NCBI GenBank assembly: GCA_036005845.1
Contig: DASYQD010000117.1
Location: 49,581-113,580, forward strand
Origin: Thermoanaerobaculia bacterium
GTDB lineage: Bacteria > Acidobacteriota > Thermoanaerobaculia > Multivoradales > JAIOJS01
Direction: 5' to 3'
DNA: 64,000 bases
Shown piece by piece: positions 1 to 9,097 of this stretch. Positions within the stretch are counted from its first letter, which is position 1; each line of letters begins with the position of its first letter. Made by a program: the position numbers and the translations under genes. Below the pieces are notes generated by a model. It was not told the origin of the DNA, did no database searches, and saw only the letters and a list, made by a program, of their open reading frames with translations.

Positions 1-1170
1 GTGGCGCAGGAGAGCGGTGGACCGACGGCGGGAACCGACGCCGCCGCCCGCGGCATCGAAGCCGGCGGCATGCAAGTGATCCATCCCTATCTCGGCTTCG
101 TGCTCAACCCCTCCTTCAAGGTCGACTGGCGGGACATCGACGCGCAAGGCTTCATGCGGCGGCCGGGCGAAGTCGACCCGCCGGCGGGCACGCCGCGCTT
201 CGTGTTCGGCCTGTTCGGCGGCTCCGTCGCCGGCGGGCTCTGCATGCGCGGCCGGGACGACCTCCTGGCGGAGCTCCGGCGTTCGCCGCGCGTCCAGGGG
301 AAGGCCATCGTCGTGCGCTGCCTGGCGATGGGCGGCTACAAGCAGCCGCAACAGCTGATGGCGCTCGCCTACGTGCTGTCGTTGGGATACCAGTTCGACC
401 TCGTCGTCGACGTCGACGGCGCCAACGAGGCGGCGCTGGCGATCCACGACAACTTGAATCAGGGCGTCTACCCGTTCTATCCGCGCGGCTGGTCGGCGAT
501 GGTTGCCGGCGCTCCCTCCGTCGAGGCGCTACGGACCGTCGGCCGCATCGCTGCAGCGAAGGAAGAGAGGCTGCGGTGGAGCAGCCTGTGCGCCTCGCGG
601 CCCCTGGCCTGGAGCCCGAGCTGCCATCTGCTCTGGACGGCGCTCGACCGCCGGCTCGCGCGGCGGATCTACGCAGCCGAAAGCGCGCTGGCCCGCCTCG
701 AGCCGCCCGCACAGAGTTTCGCCGCCCGCGGGCCGGCATTCGGCGACTTGCCGCGGCAGCAGGTCTGCCGACAGCTGGCGGATGAATGGGCGCGGTCCTC
801 GACGTTGATGTCCGCGCTCGCCCGCGATCGCGGCACGCCCTTCCTCCACTTCCTGCAACCCAATCAATATCTGCGGGGTTCGAAGCCAATGGGCCGCCAG
901 GAAAGGCTCGTTGCCATCGATCCGGCGCAGCCCTACAAAGGGCCGCTCGAGGACTGTTATCCGGCGTTCGTCGAGGCTGGCAAGCAGCTCGCCGCGCACG
1001 GCGTGGCCTTCCACGATCTCACCGGACTCTTCGCCGATCACCGCGAGCCGCTCTACGACGACACCTGTTGTCACTACAACGATAAGGGCTATCGCCTGGT
1101 CGCCCAGGCGATCGGCCGGGCGGCCGTCGAAGCGCTGGCCCACTCGCCCGAACGGCACGCCGATTGGTGA
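1..1170 (+). CDS. SGNH/GDSL-like hydrolase-fold protein, probably 5'-truncated by the window edge
   Basis: Motifs resemble SGNH blocks: FGLFGGSVA, GGYKQPQQL, DGANE and DTCCHYNDKGY (DxxH-like). The frame is open from base 1. Confidence 0.55.
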   Translation: MAQESGGPTAGTDAAARGIEAGGMQVIHPYLGFVLNPSFKVDWRDIDAQGFMRRPGEVDPPAGTPRFVFGLFGGSVAGGLCMRGRDDLLAELRRSPRVQGKAIVVRCLAMGGYKQPQQLMALAYVLSLGYQFDLVVDVDGANEAALAIHDNLNQGVYPFYPRGWSAMVAGAPSVEALRTVGRIAAAKEERLRWSSLCASRPLAWSPSCHLLWTALDRRLARRIYAAESALARLEPPAQSFAARGPAFGDLPRQQVCRQLADEWARSSTLMSALARDRGTPFLHFLQPNQYLRGSKPMGRQERLVAIDPAQPYKGPLEDCYPAFVEAGKQLAAHGVAFHDLTGLFADHREPLYDDTCCHYNDKGYRLVAQAIGRAAVEALAHSPERHADW

Positions 1171-1224
1171 TCGCTCCGGCTCAGGCCCGGCAGCGATCCG
1201 AATATGGGCGAAGCATCGTTCGAT

Positions 1225-1253
1225 TTGACCAGGCTTCATCCGTCCTTTAGCAT
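1225..1253 (+). promoter_or_regulatory. sigma70-type promoter for the beta-helix/S8 genes
   Basis: TTGACC (1225-1230), 17-nt spacer, TAGCAT (1248-1253), in an AT-richer intergenic region. Confidence 0.6.
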
Positions 1254-1336
1254 GTCAGCGATCCCAGACACCGGCCGTGCGGTCTCATCGAGGTGGGGAC
1301 TCGTGTACAAACCGACGAAAAATTAGGGGGAGAATC

Positions 1337-2278
1337 GTGAAAGAACATTCCAGATTTGCCATCGCGGTCTCGACGACGGGGGTCGTGCTCTTTCTCGCCG
1401 CCAGCCATGCCGCCTTATGCCTGTCGGCGCGCGCCTGGGTATCCGTCAGCGGCAACGACGGCAATGATTGCAGCCGATCGACTCCCTGCCGCACGCTCAC
1501 GGGCGCGCTGGCAAAGACCTCTTCCGGCGGTGAGATCGACGTCCTCGACTCTGGTGATTTCGGTGCCGTTACCCTCGACAGGGCGGTCTCGGTAGTGACC
1601 CCCGGGGTGCTGGGCGGGCTGCAGGCCACCAGCAGCGCCGCTATCACCGTCAATGCTGGCGCCGCCGACCGCATCGTGCTGCGGGGCCTCACCATCGACG
1701 GGCTCGGCACGGCACAGGACGGCATCGTCTTCGTCGCCGGCGGCAGCTTGTACGTCGAGAACTGCACCATCAACAATTTCGCCCGCTACGGGATCGAATT
1801 CGCGCCTACCAGCGGCAGCGGCAAGCTGTTCGTGACCGACACCATCGTGCGCAACACCGGTGTGGGATCGATAGGCGGGGGCGTGCACATGATTTCCACC
1901 GTCGCGCCGGGCTTCATCGCCTCCCTCGACGGCTTGCGGACCGAGAACAACACGTTCGGTCTGAAGGCGGAGACTTGGGGGGTCGTCACCGTTCGCAACA
2001 GCCTGTCGGCCAACAACGCCTTCAGCGGAATGACCGCGGTTACCCCTCTCGGCACGGGCGACGTACGCTTGTTCGTCGAAAACAGCGTGTCCACCAATAA
2101 CTTGTACGGAGTGATCTCCTCCGGCACCTCTGTGGCCATCATCAGCAACATGGCCATCACCAGCAATACGACCGGGCTGGGCATCAGCAATGGCGGTCTG
2201 ATCCAGTCGTTCGGCAACAACAAGATTTACGCCAACGGGACGAACGGCGCTCCGACGGCGACCGTGCCGCAGATCTAG
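1337..2278 (+). CDS. Secreted right-handed parallel beta-helix protein
   Basis: GTG at 1337 follows a purine-rich RBS (AGGGGGAG). Signal peptide, then AWVSVSGNDGNDCSRSTPCRT and beta-helix repeats (IVLRGLTIDG, LYVENCTINN). Confidence 0.8.
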   Translation: MKEHSRFAIAVSTTGVVLFLAASHAALCLSARAWVSVSGNDGNDCSRSTPCRTLTGALAKTSSGGEIDVLDSGDFGAVTLDRAVSVVTPGVLGGLQATSSAAITVNAGAADRIVLRGLTIDGLGTAQDGIVFVAGGSLYVENCTINNFARYGIEFAPTSGSGKLFVTDTIVRNTGVGSIGGGVHMISTVAPGFIASLDGLRTENNTFGLKAETWGVVTVRNSLSANNAFSGMTAVTPLGTGDVRLFVENSVSTNNLYGVISSGTSVAIISNMAITSNTTGLGISNGGLIQSFGNNKIYANGTNGAPTATVPQI

Positions 2279-2297
2279 CGCACGGCGACACGACGCC

Positions 2298-5200
2298 ATG
2301 AGCCGCTACTCGTCGTTCACCGCCCGCCGTGTGTTGGTCGCCGCCCTCGCCGCGCTGGGGTTCGCCGCGTCGGCGGCGGCAAGTCCTCCGACATCTCCGC
2401 CGCCGCAAACCGGCAACGATCCCGTCGAGCTGATCGTACTGCTCGCGGCCGGCCCCGGGGTTCCCACCCCCGAGACCTTCGTCGACGACGTCAATCACGG
2501 ACGCCCGGGCATCCCGTTGCCGGTCCCGGCGCAGAGCGCACGGACGGCGCTCACCTTCCGTGCGTCAGGGCGCAGCCTCGCCTTGCTGCGTGCCCATCCC
2601 GAAAGCGCCGCCGCTCGCCTCGAGCGCTACGTCGTCTTGAGCTTCCCGGCCGGCGCCAACGTCGAGGCCATCGAGCGTGCCCTGGAAAGGCACCCTTGGG
2701 TGCTCCTCGTCGAGGAGAACACTTTCGCGTCGTTCTCCGTCACCCCCAACGACCCCAAGTTCCCGGTGCAATCGGACCCCACGCAGTACCAATGGGGAAG
2801 CCATGCGCTGAACCTGCCGGCCGCGTGGGACCGCATCGAAGGACATGCCTACATCGGCATGGCCGACACCGGTCTCGAGGTCAATCACCCCGATCTGCGC
2901 GCCTTTCATTTGGCCGGGGCCAGCTACGTCTACGACGGCGGCAACTTCCGGCCGCAGCTGTCGTGGGATTTCATCCACAACGACAACAACGTCGACGAAG
3001 GGGACGGCTCCTTCGGTGGTTCGCTGGCCGGTCACGGTACGCACACCAGCGGCATCGTCGCCGCAACCGCCAACAATGGTATCGGCGTCGCCGGTGCCTG
3101 TTGGCACTGCAGCCTGCTGATGGGCAGGATGAGTGGCAGCAAGACGAGCGTCGCGAACGCCATCAGTTGGGACGCCAGGCACGGTGCCCAGATCGTCAAT
3201 GCCAGCCTGGGCTGGCCGACCAACGATCCCAACCTCGGCATCGTCCTCACGGCGGTGGCATTGGCCGACGACCGCGACATCGCCATGTTCGCGTCGCCGG
3301 GCAATGACAAGATGGACATCGAGTTTCCCGCCAGCGATTCGCGGGTGATTTCCGTCGGCGGCACCGAGTTCGACGGCTCGTTCTGGGTCGAAGAAGTCTG
3401 CCCTCGGCCCGGTTACACCGGCACCATCGAGTGCGGCTCGAACTACACCGTCACGCCCGGCACGAAGATGCAGGACCTGGTAGCCCCGGCCCAGAAGGTG
3501 TTGTCGACCTTCTATACCGGCGCCGAGTGGAACACCGCCCTGGGTTGTGGCGACAGCACCGATCCGACCCCCGGTTATGGTCTCTGCACGGGCACGTCGA
3601 TGTCAGCTCCCTACGCCGCCGGCGCCGCCGGCCTGTTGCGGTCCGCCAATCCGCTGCTCTCGAAAGGCGCCATCCGCAGCCTGTTGGTCAACTACGCGAG
3701 CCGTGCGAACGCCTGGAGCCCGCAGTTCGGGTATGGCCTTCCCAATGTCGCTGCCTCGGTGACGGCTGCATTGGGTTTCGCGGCCAGCCAATCGCTGCCG
3801 AACCGTCTGACTCCGTTCTTCAGCCTTTACAGCTCGATTGCCACCGACTTTTCCTACACCACAGTGCCGCAAGCGGCGGCTGCGGCGATCCTCGATTCGG
3901 GGTCCGCCTACGATCCGACCGGCCCAGCCGTTGCTGGCTACCCGAAGTTTCCCGGCGACCCCCTGTGCTCGGGCGTTCCCTGCTTCCCCCCGCGAGCCTC
4001 GGTCTTCGTGTTTGCCGGCGAGAAGCCACCGTTCGCCGGCGCTCCGCCGCTGGTGCCCTTGTACCGGATGACGTTCACACCCGCCGATTCTCAAGACGTC
4101 AACCGCGACGTCAGCTATGCCACCACCATCACCGAGGTCCTCGGCTTCAAGAACGGTTTCGGCTACGACCTCGACGGAATCGAGGGTTATATCTACCAGC
4201 CCTGCACGCCCGAGCCTTCGTGCATCCCGGCGGGAGCGGTGCGCCTCTACCGTCGGTACAACTCGACGCGCCTCGACTATGCGATCTTTCCGGAATCGGA
4301 GCTCGTCAGCATGGCGAGCCTGGGATACACCTCGCCGGGCGCTTTCGCCGAAGTGCTCGGCTACGCGTATCCCAACATCGACAGCGATGGCGACAGCTTG
4401 ATCGACGGCTTCGAGCTGTTGATGGGCACCAATCCGGTGGTGGCCGACAGCGACGGTGACGGCAGCTCGGACGGTGCCGAAGCCCTCAACTATCCCTACT
4501 GCGACCCGCTCCGGCCTGGGTGCGGCGGATCGTCCGTGTGGGTGTCGGTCGGCGGCACGGACGCCAACGACTGCAGCCGAGCCATGCCGTGCCGGACTTT
4601 TGCCACAGCGCTCGCCAAGAGCCCTCCGGGCGGCGAGATCAGAGTCTTGGACTCCGGCGACTTCGGGCCGCTGACGATCAACAAGGCGATTTCCGTCGTC
4701 GCCAACGGCGTCCTCGGCGGCATCCAGGCCGGCGGCGGCAGCACCGCCATTACCGTCAATGCCGGCGCCGGCGACAAGGTCGTCTTGCGCGGCCTCACCA
4801 TCGACGGCCTGAGCGCAGGGCTAGACGGCATTTCCTTCGTCGCGGGTGGCTCGCTGTTCGTCGAGAGCTGCACGATCAACAACTTCAGCCGCTATGGGAT
4901 CGACTTCGTGCCGACGGGCGGCAGCGGCGCTCTGGCGGTCACCGACACGGTCCTCCGCAACAACGGCGTCGGCGCCACCGGCGGCGGCCTTCACTTGCTC
5001 GCGACCGCCGCGCCAGGCCCGGTCGCGGCGATCGACGGACTGCGATCCGAGAACAACGTTTTCGGGCTCAAGGCAGAGACCTATGGGGCGGTCACGATTC
5101 GCCACAGTCTCGCCGCGAGCAACGCCTTCAGCGGATTCTCGGCGGTGACGCCGGGCGGCTCCGCCAGCGATGCGGTCCGCATGCTGATCGAAAACAGCGT

Positions 5201-5396
5201 CGCCACCCACAACGGGACCAATGGCGTCGTGGCCAGCGGCCCCGGCTCGACGGTCACCATCAGCAACCTGGCGGTGACCGACAATCAGACCGGGCTGATC
5301 ACCGGCTCGAACGGCGTCATCGTCTCGCTCGGCAACAACAAGGTGTCGGGCAACGTCACCAACGGTACGCCGACGCAGACCGTTCCGAACCAGTAG
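2298..5396 (+). CDS. Secreted S8 (subtilase) serine protease with acidic Ca-binding repeats and a C-terminal beta-helix domain
   Basis: Catalytic motifs IGMADTG (Asp), GHGTHTSG (His) and GTSMSAP (Ser). Signal peptide and prodomain present; DSDGDSLIDGFE/DSDGDGSSDGAE repeats; the last ~285 aa are paralogous to 1337-2278. Confidence 0.9.
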   Translation: MSRYSSFTARRVLVAALAALGFAASAAASPPTSPPPQTGNDPVELIVLLAAGPGVPTPETFVDDVNHGRPGIPLPVPAQSARTALTFRASGRSLALLRAHPESAAARLERYVVLSFPAGANVEAIERALERHPWVLLVEENTFASFSVTPNDPKFPVQSDPTQYQWGSHALNLPAAWDRIEGHAYIGMADTGLEVNHPDLRAFHLAGASYVYDGGNFRPQLSWDFIHNDNNVDEGDGSFGGSLAGHGTHTSGIVAATANNGIGVAGACWHCSLLMGRMSGSKTSVANAISWDARHGAQIVNASLGWPTNDPNLGIVLTAVALADDRDIAMFASPGNDKMDIEFPASDSRVISVGGTEFDGSFWVEEVCPRPGYTGTIECGSNYTVTPGTKMQDLVAPAQKVLSTFYTGAEWNTALGCGDSTDPTPGYGLCTGTSMSAPYAAGAAGLLRSANPLLSKGAIRSLLVNYASRANAWSPQFGYGLPNVAASVTAALGFAASQSLPNRLTPFFSLYSSIATDFSYTTVPQAAAAAILDSGSAYDPTGPAVAGYPKFPGDPLCSGVPCFPPRASVFVFAGEKPPFAGAPPLVPLYRMTFTPADSQDVNRDVSYATTITEVLGFKNGFGYDLDGIEGYIYQPCTPEPSCIPAGAVRLYRRYNSTRLDYAIFPESELVSMASLGYTSPGAFAEVLGYAYPNIDSDGDSLIDGFELLMGTNPVVADSDGDGSSDGAEALNYPYCDPLRPGCGGSSVWVSVGGTDANDCSRAMPCRTFATALAKSPPGGEIRVLDSGDFGPLTINKAISVVANGVLGGIQAGGGSTAITVNAGAGDKVVLRGLTIDGLSAGLDGISFVAGGSLFVESCTINNFSRYGIDFVPTGGSGALAVTDTVLRNNGVGATGGGLHLLATAAPGPVAAIDGLRSENNVFGLKAETYGAVTIRHSLAASNAFSGFSAVTPGGSASDAVRMLIENSVATHNGTNGVVASGPGSTVTISNLAVTDNQTGLITGSNGVIVSLGNNKVSGNVTNGTPTQTVPNQ

Positions 5397-5413
5397 ACGA
5401 GTCACCCGCAGAG

Positions 5414-5444
5414 CCTGGAGCGCGGCGGCGGTCCGCGCTCCAGG
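5414..5444 (+). terminator. 12-bp perfect hairpin downstream of the S8 gene, possible terminator or mRNA stabiliser
   Basis: CCTGGAGCGCGG (5414-5425) and CCGCGCTCCAGG (5433-5444) with a 7-nt loop. No U-tract. Confidence 0.4.
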
Positions 5445-5665
5445 TGTCATGGCGGTGGCCGGGCGAGCAGATGCGGCCGGCCACCGAGCTCACGCTCGCC
5501 CCACGGGATGACCGAGTCGAGCACCGCGGCACCTACCCCGCGCCGTCGCGGGCCTCCGGCGGCGCCAAGTGACGGGGCTCACGCGTAGGTCGGCGTGACG
5601 GCGGCTAAGCTTGGGGATGGGACGGCACGCCGTTTGCGCGCCTTCCATCCCCCAGGAGGAGCCGC

Positions 5666-8600
5666 ATGCGGGCCGTAATCGCGGTAGCAGTGTTGTCGGT
5701 GCTGGTTGCGGGCGGTCCGCTGGCGGCGGTGACCTTTACCGTCAACAACGTCGGCGACCAGCCGGACGCCAACACCGCTGACAACGTCTGCTCGATCGCC
5801 GGCCAGCCGACCATCTGTACCTTGCGGGCGGCGATCCAGCAGGCCAACGCCACCGCCGGCACCGACACCATCGCCTTCAGCATCACCGGCGCCGGCCCGC
5901 ACGTGTTCGCGCCGGGCTCGGCGCTGCCGAGCTTCACGCAGGCGGTGATCGTCGACGGCACCACCGAGCCGAGCTACGCCCAGTTCGCGCCAGTGGTGGT
6001 GATCAACGGCGCCGGCGCCGGCGCGGGAGTCAACGGGCTGGTCTTCGCGGCGGGCTCCAACGGCAGCACGCTGCGCGGCGTCGTCGTGCAGGGCTTCGGC
6101 GGCAACGGCGTGGTGGTGCAGTCGGACGGCTGCACCGTGGAGCGCACCTACTCCGGCACCAACAACGTCGGCACCACCGCCGCCGGCAACACCGGCGCCG
6201 GCTTCCTGGTGAGCGGCAACTCCAACACCTTGGGGGTGAGCAACGACAGCCCGAAGCGCATCCTCGCCTCCGCCAACGGCGGCGGCGGAGTCGTCATCAC
6301 CGGCAGCTCGAACGCCCTGCACTCCTCGCACGTGGGCACCAACCTGGGAGGGAGCGCGGCGCTGGGCAACACCGGGGCCGGCGTCGCCATCTCGGGCTCT
6401 TCGAACACGCTCAACCACAACCTCGTCTCCGGCAACTCGCAGGAAGGCGTACGCATCACCGCCGGCTCCGGCAACGTGGTGGGCGGCAATCACCTGATCG
6501 GCATGAACGCCACCGGCACCGCCGCCCTGCCCAACGGCGGCGACGGGGTGAGCATCCAGGGCGGCACCGGCAACACCATCGGCGACTTCAACACCATCTC
6601 CGGCAACAGCGGCAACGGCGTGTCGATCTCCGGCGCGTCGACGACCGGCAACGTCGTGCGCAGCAACTTCATCGGCACCGCGGTGTCGGGGACCACGGCG
6701 CTGCCCAACGCGATGGTAGGCGTGCTCCTCTCCGCCACCGTCGGCAACACCGTCGGCGGCACCGCCGCGGGCGCCGGCAACGTCATCTCGGGCAACGGCG
6801 GCATCGGCGTGCGGGTGGCGTCGGGCAGCGGCAACTTCATCCAGTCCAACGACATCGGCACCAACCCCAGCGGCAACGGCGCCATCGCCAACGGCGGCAC
6901 CGGCATCACGGTGGAGGGATCGCCGAACACCACCGTCGGCGGCGGCGAGGGCGACGGCAACCTGGTGTCGGGAAACGTCGGGTCCGGCATCGTGGTCAGC
7001 GGCGCTGCCAACGGCACCATCGTCATCGGCAACACCGTCGGCACCGCCGTGGCGGGCACCCCGGCGCTGCCCAACACCGTCGACGGCATCGCCCTCTTCG
7101 GCACCAGCGGCGTCATCGTCGGCGGCGACGCGACGGTGGGCTCGGACAACGTCGTCAGCGGCAACGGCAGGCACGGCATCTACGTCTCGGGCGGCAGCGG
7201 CAACCAGATCCGCATCAACGAGATCGGCACCGACGGCCTGGGCACCACCGGCGTCGGCAATGCCGGCCACGGCCTGTTCCTCGAGAACACTTCGACCAAC
7301 ACGGTCGACACCTCGTTGATCAGCGCCAACCACCTCGACGGCGTGCGCATCTCCGGCGGCAACGCCAACACGCTCACCGCGCTGGTCGTCGGTGTCGACG
7401 TCACCGGTATGACGGCGCTCGGCAACTGGGGAAACGGCCTCACCATCCTCAACGCGACGAACACCGTCATCGGGCAGAGCGTCGGCGGCAAGGGCAACAC
7501 CTTCAGCGGCAACTTGCAGTCGGGAATCGTCATCAGCGGCGCCGGGTCGTTCGGCAACACCATCCACAACACCCTGATCGGCCCCAATACCGCCGACAGC
7601 GCCAACATCGGCAACGGCGGCTGGGGCGTGCTGATCGCCGGCAGCGTCGACAACACCATCGGCGGTCCGCTTTCGGTGGACGCCAACCGCATCCGCGGCA
7701 ACGGCGTTTTCTTCAATGCCGCCAACGGCGGCAACGGCACCGGCGGCATCGGCATCCTCTCCGGCAACGGCAACGAGATCCGGCACAACCTGATCTCGGG
7801 CAACTACGGCCTGGGCATCGACCTCGACGCCGACGGCGCGCTACCCTTCGACGGCATCAGCGCCAACGACGCGAGCGACGCCGACAACGGCGCCAACCTG
7901 CTGCAGAACCGGCCGGTGATCACCAGCGCCACGATCGGCGCCGGCAACACCGCGGTGGCGGGCACGCTGACGAGCACCCCCAACACCACCTTCGACATCG
8001 AGATCTACACCAGCTCGCGCTGCGACCCCAGCGGTGCCGGCGAGGGGACGTCGGCCTCGGCCACGGTGAGCACCACCACCAACGGCAGCGGGCAGGCGAG
8101 CTGGTCCTCCAACTTCGCCCAGGCGCCGGCCGGATCGGTGTTCACCGCCGTCGCCACCGATCCCAACGGCAACAGCTCGGAGTTCTCCAACTGCGTCCCC
8201 ATCTACTCGGGGGCGCCGATCGAGTTCGACGGCGATCCCGCCTCCGAGATCTTCGTCTTCTCGGGCGGCGCCTGGACCCAGTTCGACTACACGACCGGCA
8301 GTCAGACGAGCTCGGTGTGGACGGGCACCGGTACCGGCTGCCGGCAGGTGATGATGGATTACGACGGCGACGGCCGTGACGATCTCACCCAGCTCTGCGG
8401 CGGCGCCTGGCACTTCTTCAACGACAACGGCAGCTACAACAAGGGCATCTGGGTGGGCGACATCCCGGGCAACCTGCCGGTGCCGGCGGACTACGACGGC
8501 GACGGCCGGGACGACGTGGTGGTCTACAACAACGGCAGCTGGAGCTTCTTCGACTTCCAGAGCGGCAACTACCAAGCCTCGCGCAGCCGCTTCACCGGCA

Positions 8601-9055
8601 GCGGCGCCGGCCAGATCCCGGCACCCATCGACTACGACGGCGACGGCAAGGCCGAGCTCAGCGTCTACAACGGCGGGGCCTGGCACTTCTTCGACGAAGC
8701 GGGCGCCTACGTGAAGGGCATCTGGGTGGGCCCCGGCGCCTTCCCGGTGCCCGGCGACTACGACGGCGACGGCCACGACGACGCCATGATCTTCCGCGAC
8801 GGCGTGTGGTCGTACTACGACTTCGCGACCGGCGCCTACGTGCCGGGCAAGTCGGTGTACACCGGCACGCCGCCGCACATCAGCGGCGGCACCACGACAC
8901 CCGAGCCGCTCGACGTCGACGGCAACGGCACGCTCGACTTCACGCTCTTCGCCGGCGGTCCGTGGCACTTCTACAACGCCAACGGCACCTACGCGAAGGG
9001 CATCTGGACGGGCGGCGTCGGCGAGAAGCCGCTGTCGGCCCGCCCGCAGCAGTAG
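5666..9055 (+). CDS. Large secreted protein: CSLREA-like N-terminus, parallel beta-helix repeats, C-terminal six-repeat DYDGDG (FG-GAP/VCBS-like) propeller
   Basis: AGGAGGAG RBS and signal peptide. CTLRAAIQQAN, many GNxISGNxGxG repeats and NLLQNRPVITSA, then six DxDGDG/GAWHFF repeats from about 8210. Confidence 0.85.
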   Translation: MRAVIAVAVLSVLVAGGPLAAVTFTVNNVGDQPDANTADNVCSIAGQPTICTLRAAIQQANATAGTDTIAFSITGAGPHVFAPGSALPSFTQAVIVDGTTEPSYAQFAPVVVINGAGAGAGVNGLVFAAGSNGSTLRGVVVQGFGGNGVVVQSDGCTVERTYSGTNNVGTTAAGNTGAGFLVSGNSNTLGVSNDSPKRILASANGGGGVVITGSSNALHSSHVGTNLGGSAALGNTGAGVAISGSSNTLNHNLVSGNSQEGVRITAGSGNVVGGNHLIGMNATGTAALPNGGDGVSIQGGTGNTIGDFNTISGNSGNGVSISGASTTGNVVRSNFIGTAVSGTTALPNAMVGVLLSATVGNTVGGTAAGAGNVISGNGGIGVRVASGSGNFIQSNDIGTNPSGNGAIANGGTGITVEGSPNTTVGGGEGDGNLVSGNVGSGIVVSGAANGTIVIGNTVGTAVAGTPALPNTVDGIALFGTSGVIVGGDATVGSDNVVSGNGRHGIYVSGGSGNQIRINEIGTDGLGTTGVGNAGHGLFLENTSTNTVDTSLISANHLDGVRISGGNANTLTALVVGVDVTGMTALGNWGNGLTILNATNTVIGQSVGGKGNTFSGNLQSGIVISGAGSFGNTIHNTLIGPNTADSANIGNGGWGVLIAGSVDNTIGGPLSVDANRIRGNGVFFNAANGGNGTGGIGILSGNGNEIRHNLISGNYGLGIDLDADGALPFDGISANDASDADNGANLLQNRPVITSATIGAGNTAVAGTLTSTPNTTFDIEIYTSSRCDPSGAGEGTSASATVSTTTNGSGQASWSSNFAQAPAGSVFTAVATDPNGNSSEFSNCVPIYSGAPIEFDGDPASEIFVFSGGAWTQFDYTTGSQTSSVWTGTGTGCRQVMMDYDGDGRDDLTQLCGGAWHFFNDNGSYNKGIWVGDIPGNLPVPADYDGDGRDDVVVYNNGSWSFFDFQSGNYQASRSRFTGSGAGQIPAPIDYDGDGKAELSVYNGGAWHFFDEAGAYVKGIWVGPGAFPVPGDYDGDGHDDAMIFRDGVWSYYDFATGAYVPGKSVYTGTPPHISGGTTTPEPLDVDGNGTLDFTLFAGGPWHFYNANGTYAKGIWTGGVGEKPLSARPQQ

Positions 9056-9097
9056 CGAGCGCGACGGCTGCGGCGGCCGCTAGAATCCCAGCCTTCC

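Noticed and set aside
5579-8968. Long antisense ORFs (for example 5579-7786, 7841-8968, and similar ones throughout such as 33124-34839 and 59864-62374)
   Set aside because: These are typical mirror frames of high-GC3 genes, with Ala/Arg/Val/Gly-biased translations and no motifs.
8210-9055. CRISPR array or DNA-level tandem repeat
   Set aside because: The periodicity is protein-level, with degenerate codons inside ORFs. No constant repeat/spacer structure or cas genes anywhere in the window.
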